DNA of 41,813 nucleotides from a virus: IMG/VR virus record IMGVR_UViG_3300045988_117360; one strand, given 5' to 3'. The notes under the pieces are model-generated. The model worked only from the letters and a program-made list of their open reading frames with translations, did not search any database and was not told where the DNA came from. The position numbers and the translations under genes were made by a program. Shown here piece by piece: positions 41,694 through 41,813 of the stretch (position 1 is the stretch's first letter; every line of letters starts with the position of its first letter).

Positions 41694-41813
41694 ATTATCC
41701 AATACCTCCAGTATTTCTTGAATTTCCTCGGTACTAAAATCACTAGCGACTACATTACCTTCACTATCTACTAATGCGTAGACACCTGAGACAGTTTGTT
41801 CAGAGGTAAAATC
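41694..41813 (-). CDS. 3' part of the wrap-around membrane protein ORF (41759..41813 duplicates 1..55); stop TAA at 41694..41696
   Basis: The frame continues from position 1 through 41758: ...GNVVASDFSTEEIQEILEVFG, then stop. Total length is 300 nt once the duplicated 55 nt are counted once. Confidence 0.55.
41759..41813. repeat. second copy of the 55-bp terminal direct repeat
   Basis: Identical to 1..55. Confidence 0.95.

Noticed and set aside
41614-41694. 26-codon highly basic ORF (MAKVTTRKSRTKKNGKSKGKATRKRK) starting at the TAATG overlap with the wrap-around gene
   Set aside because: It overlaps the start of the sigma-like ORF in another frame. It is very short and low-complexity, and nothing beyond the ATG overlap supports it.

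Overview
The window is a complete, circularly closed tailed-phage genome. The first 55 nt (1..55) are repeated exactly at 41759..41813, so the unique length is 41,758 bp. This looks like an assembly closure overlap, and one lysis-region ORF reads across the junction. Gene content (GH25 endolysin, GGAGG-type ribosome-binding sites, TTGNNN-17-TATAAT promoters) suggests a siphovirus-like phage of a low-GC Gram-positive, probably Clostridia-type, host. The layout has three blocks. (i) 17802 down to 1 on the minus strand is the late module: small and large terminase, a large BppU-N-like protein, portal, scaffold, major capsid, connectors, major tail protein, a chaperone pair with a candidate -1 frameshift, tape measure, tail tip and fibre, endolysin and holins. 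(ii) 17.9-38.9 kb on the plus strand holds early and middle genes, driven by a reiterated near-consensus promoter module (7 plus-strand copies and 1 minus-strand copy). It encodes many small unknown ORFs, a Cas4-like nuclease, a Sak4-like ATPase, a DnaG-type primase fused to an MCM-like ATPase, family A DNA polymerase, an SNF2 helicase and a RuvC-like resolvase. It also carries a split 7-deazaguanine DNA-modification set: a YhhQ-type transporter plus an SDR, and MazG, a dNTP-pyrophosphohydrolase-like protein, a DpdA-like transglycosylase and a formyltransferase. tRNA-Leu(UAA) and an aberrant 108-nt tRNA-like gene lie here too. (iii) 38979..41655 on the minus strand is a cluster of small unknown genes behind a sigma-region-4-like regulator. 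No integrase, repressor, CRISPR array or transposase was seen. The most unusual parts are as follows. First, an ORF-less 0.8-kb region has four tandem promoter modules and a 192-nt (TAGN)n tract containing 38 TAG triplets. Second, a palindromic pair of fully overlapping divergent promoters sits at the late/early boundary. Third, a tRNA-like gene has an expanded anticodon arm. Fourth, a preQ1-riboswitch-like leader precedes the YhhQ gene. Fifth, a G+C-rich foreign gene is inserted in the replication region. All functional calls come from reading motifs by eye; no database search was possible.
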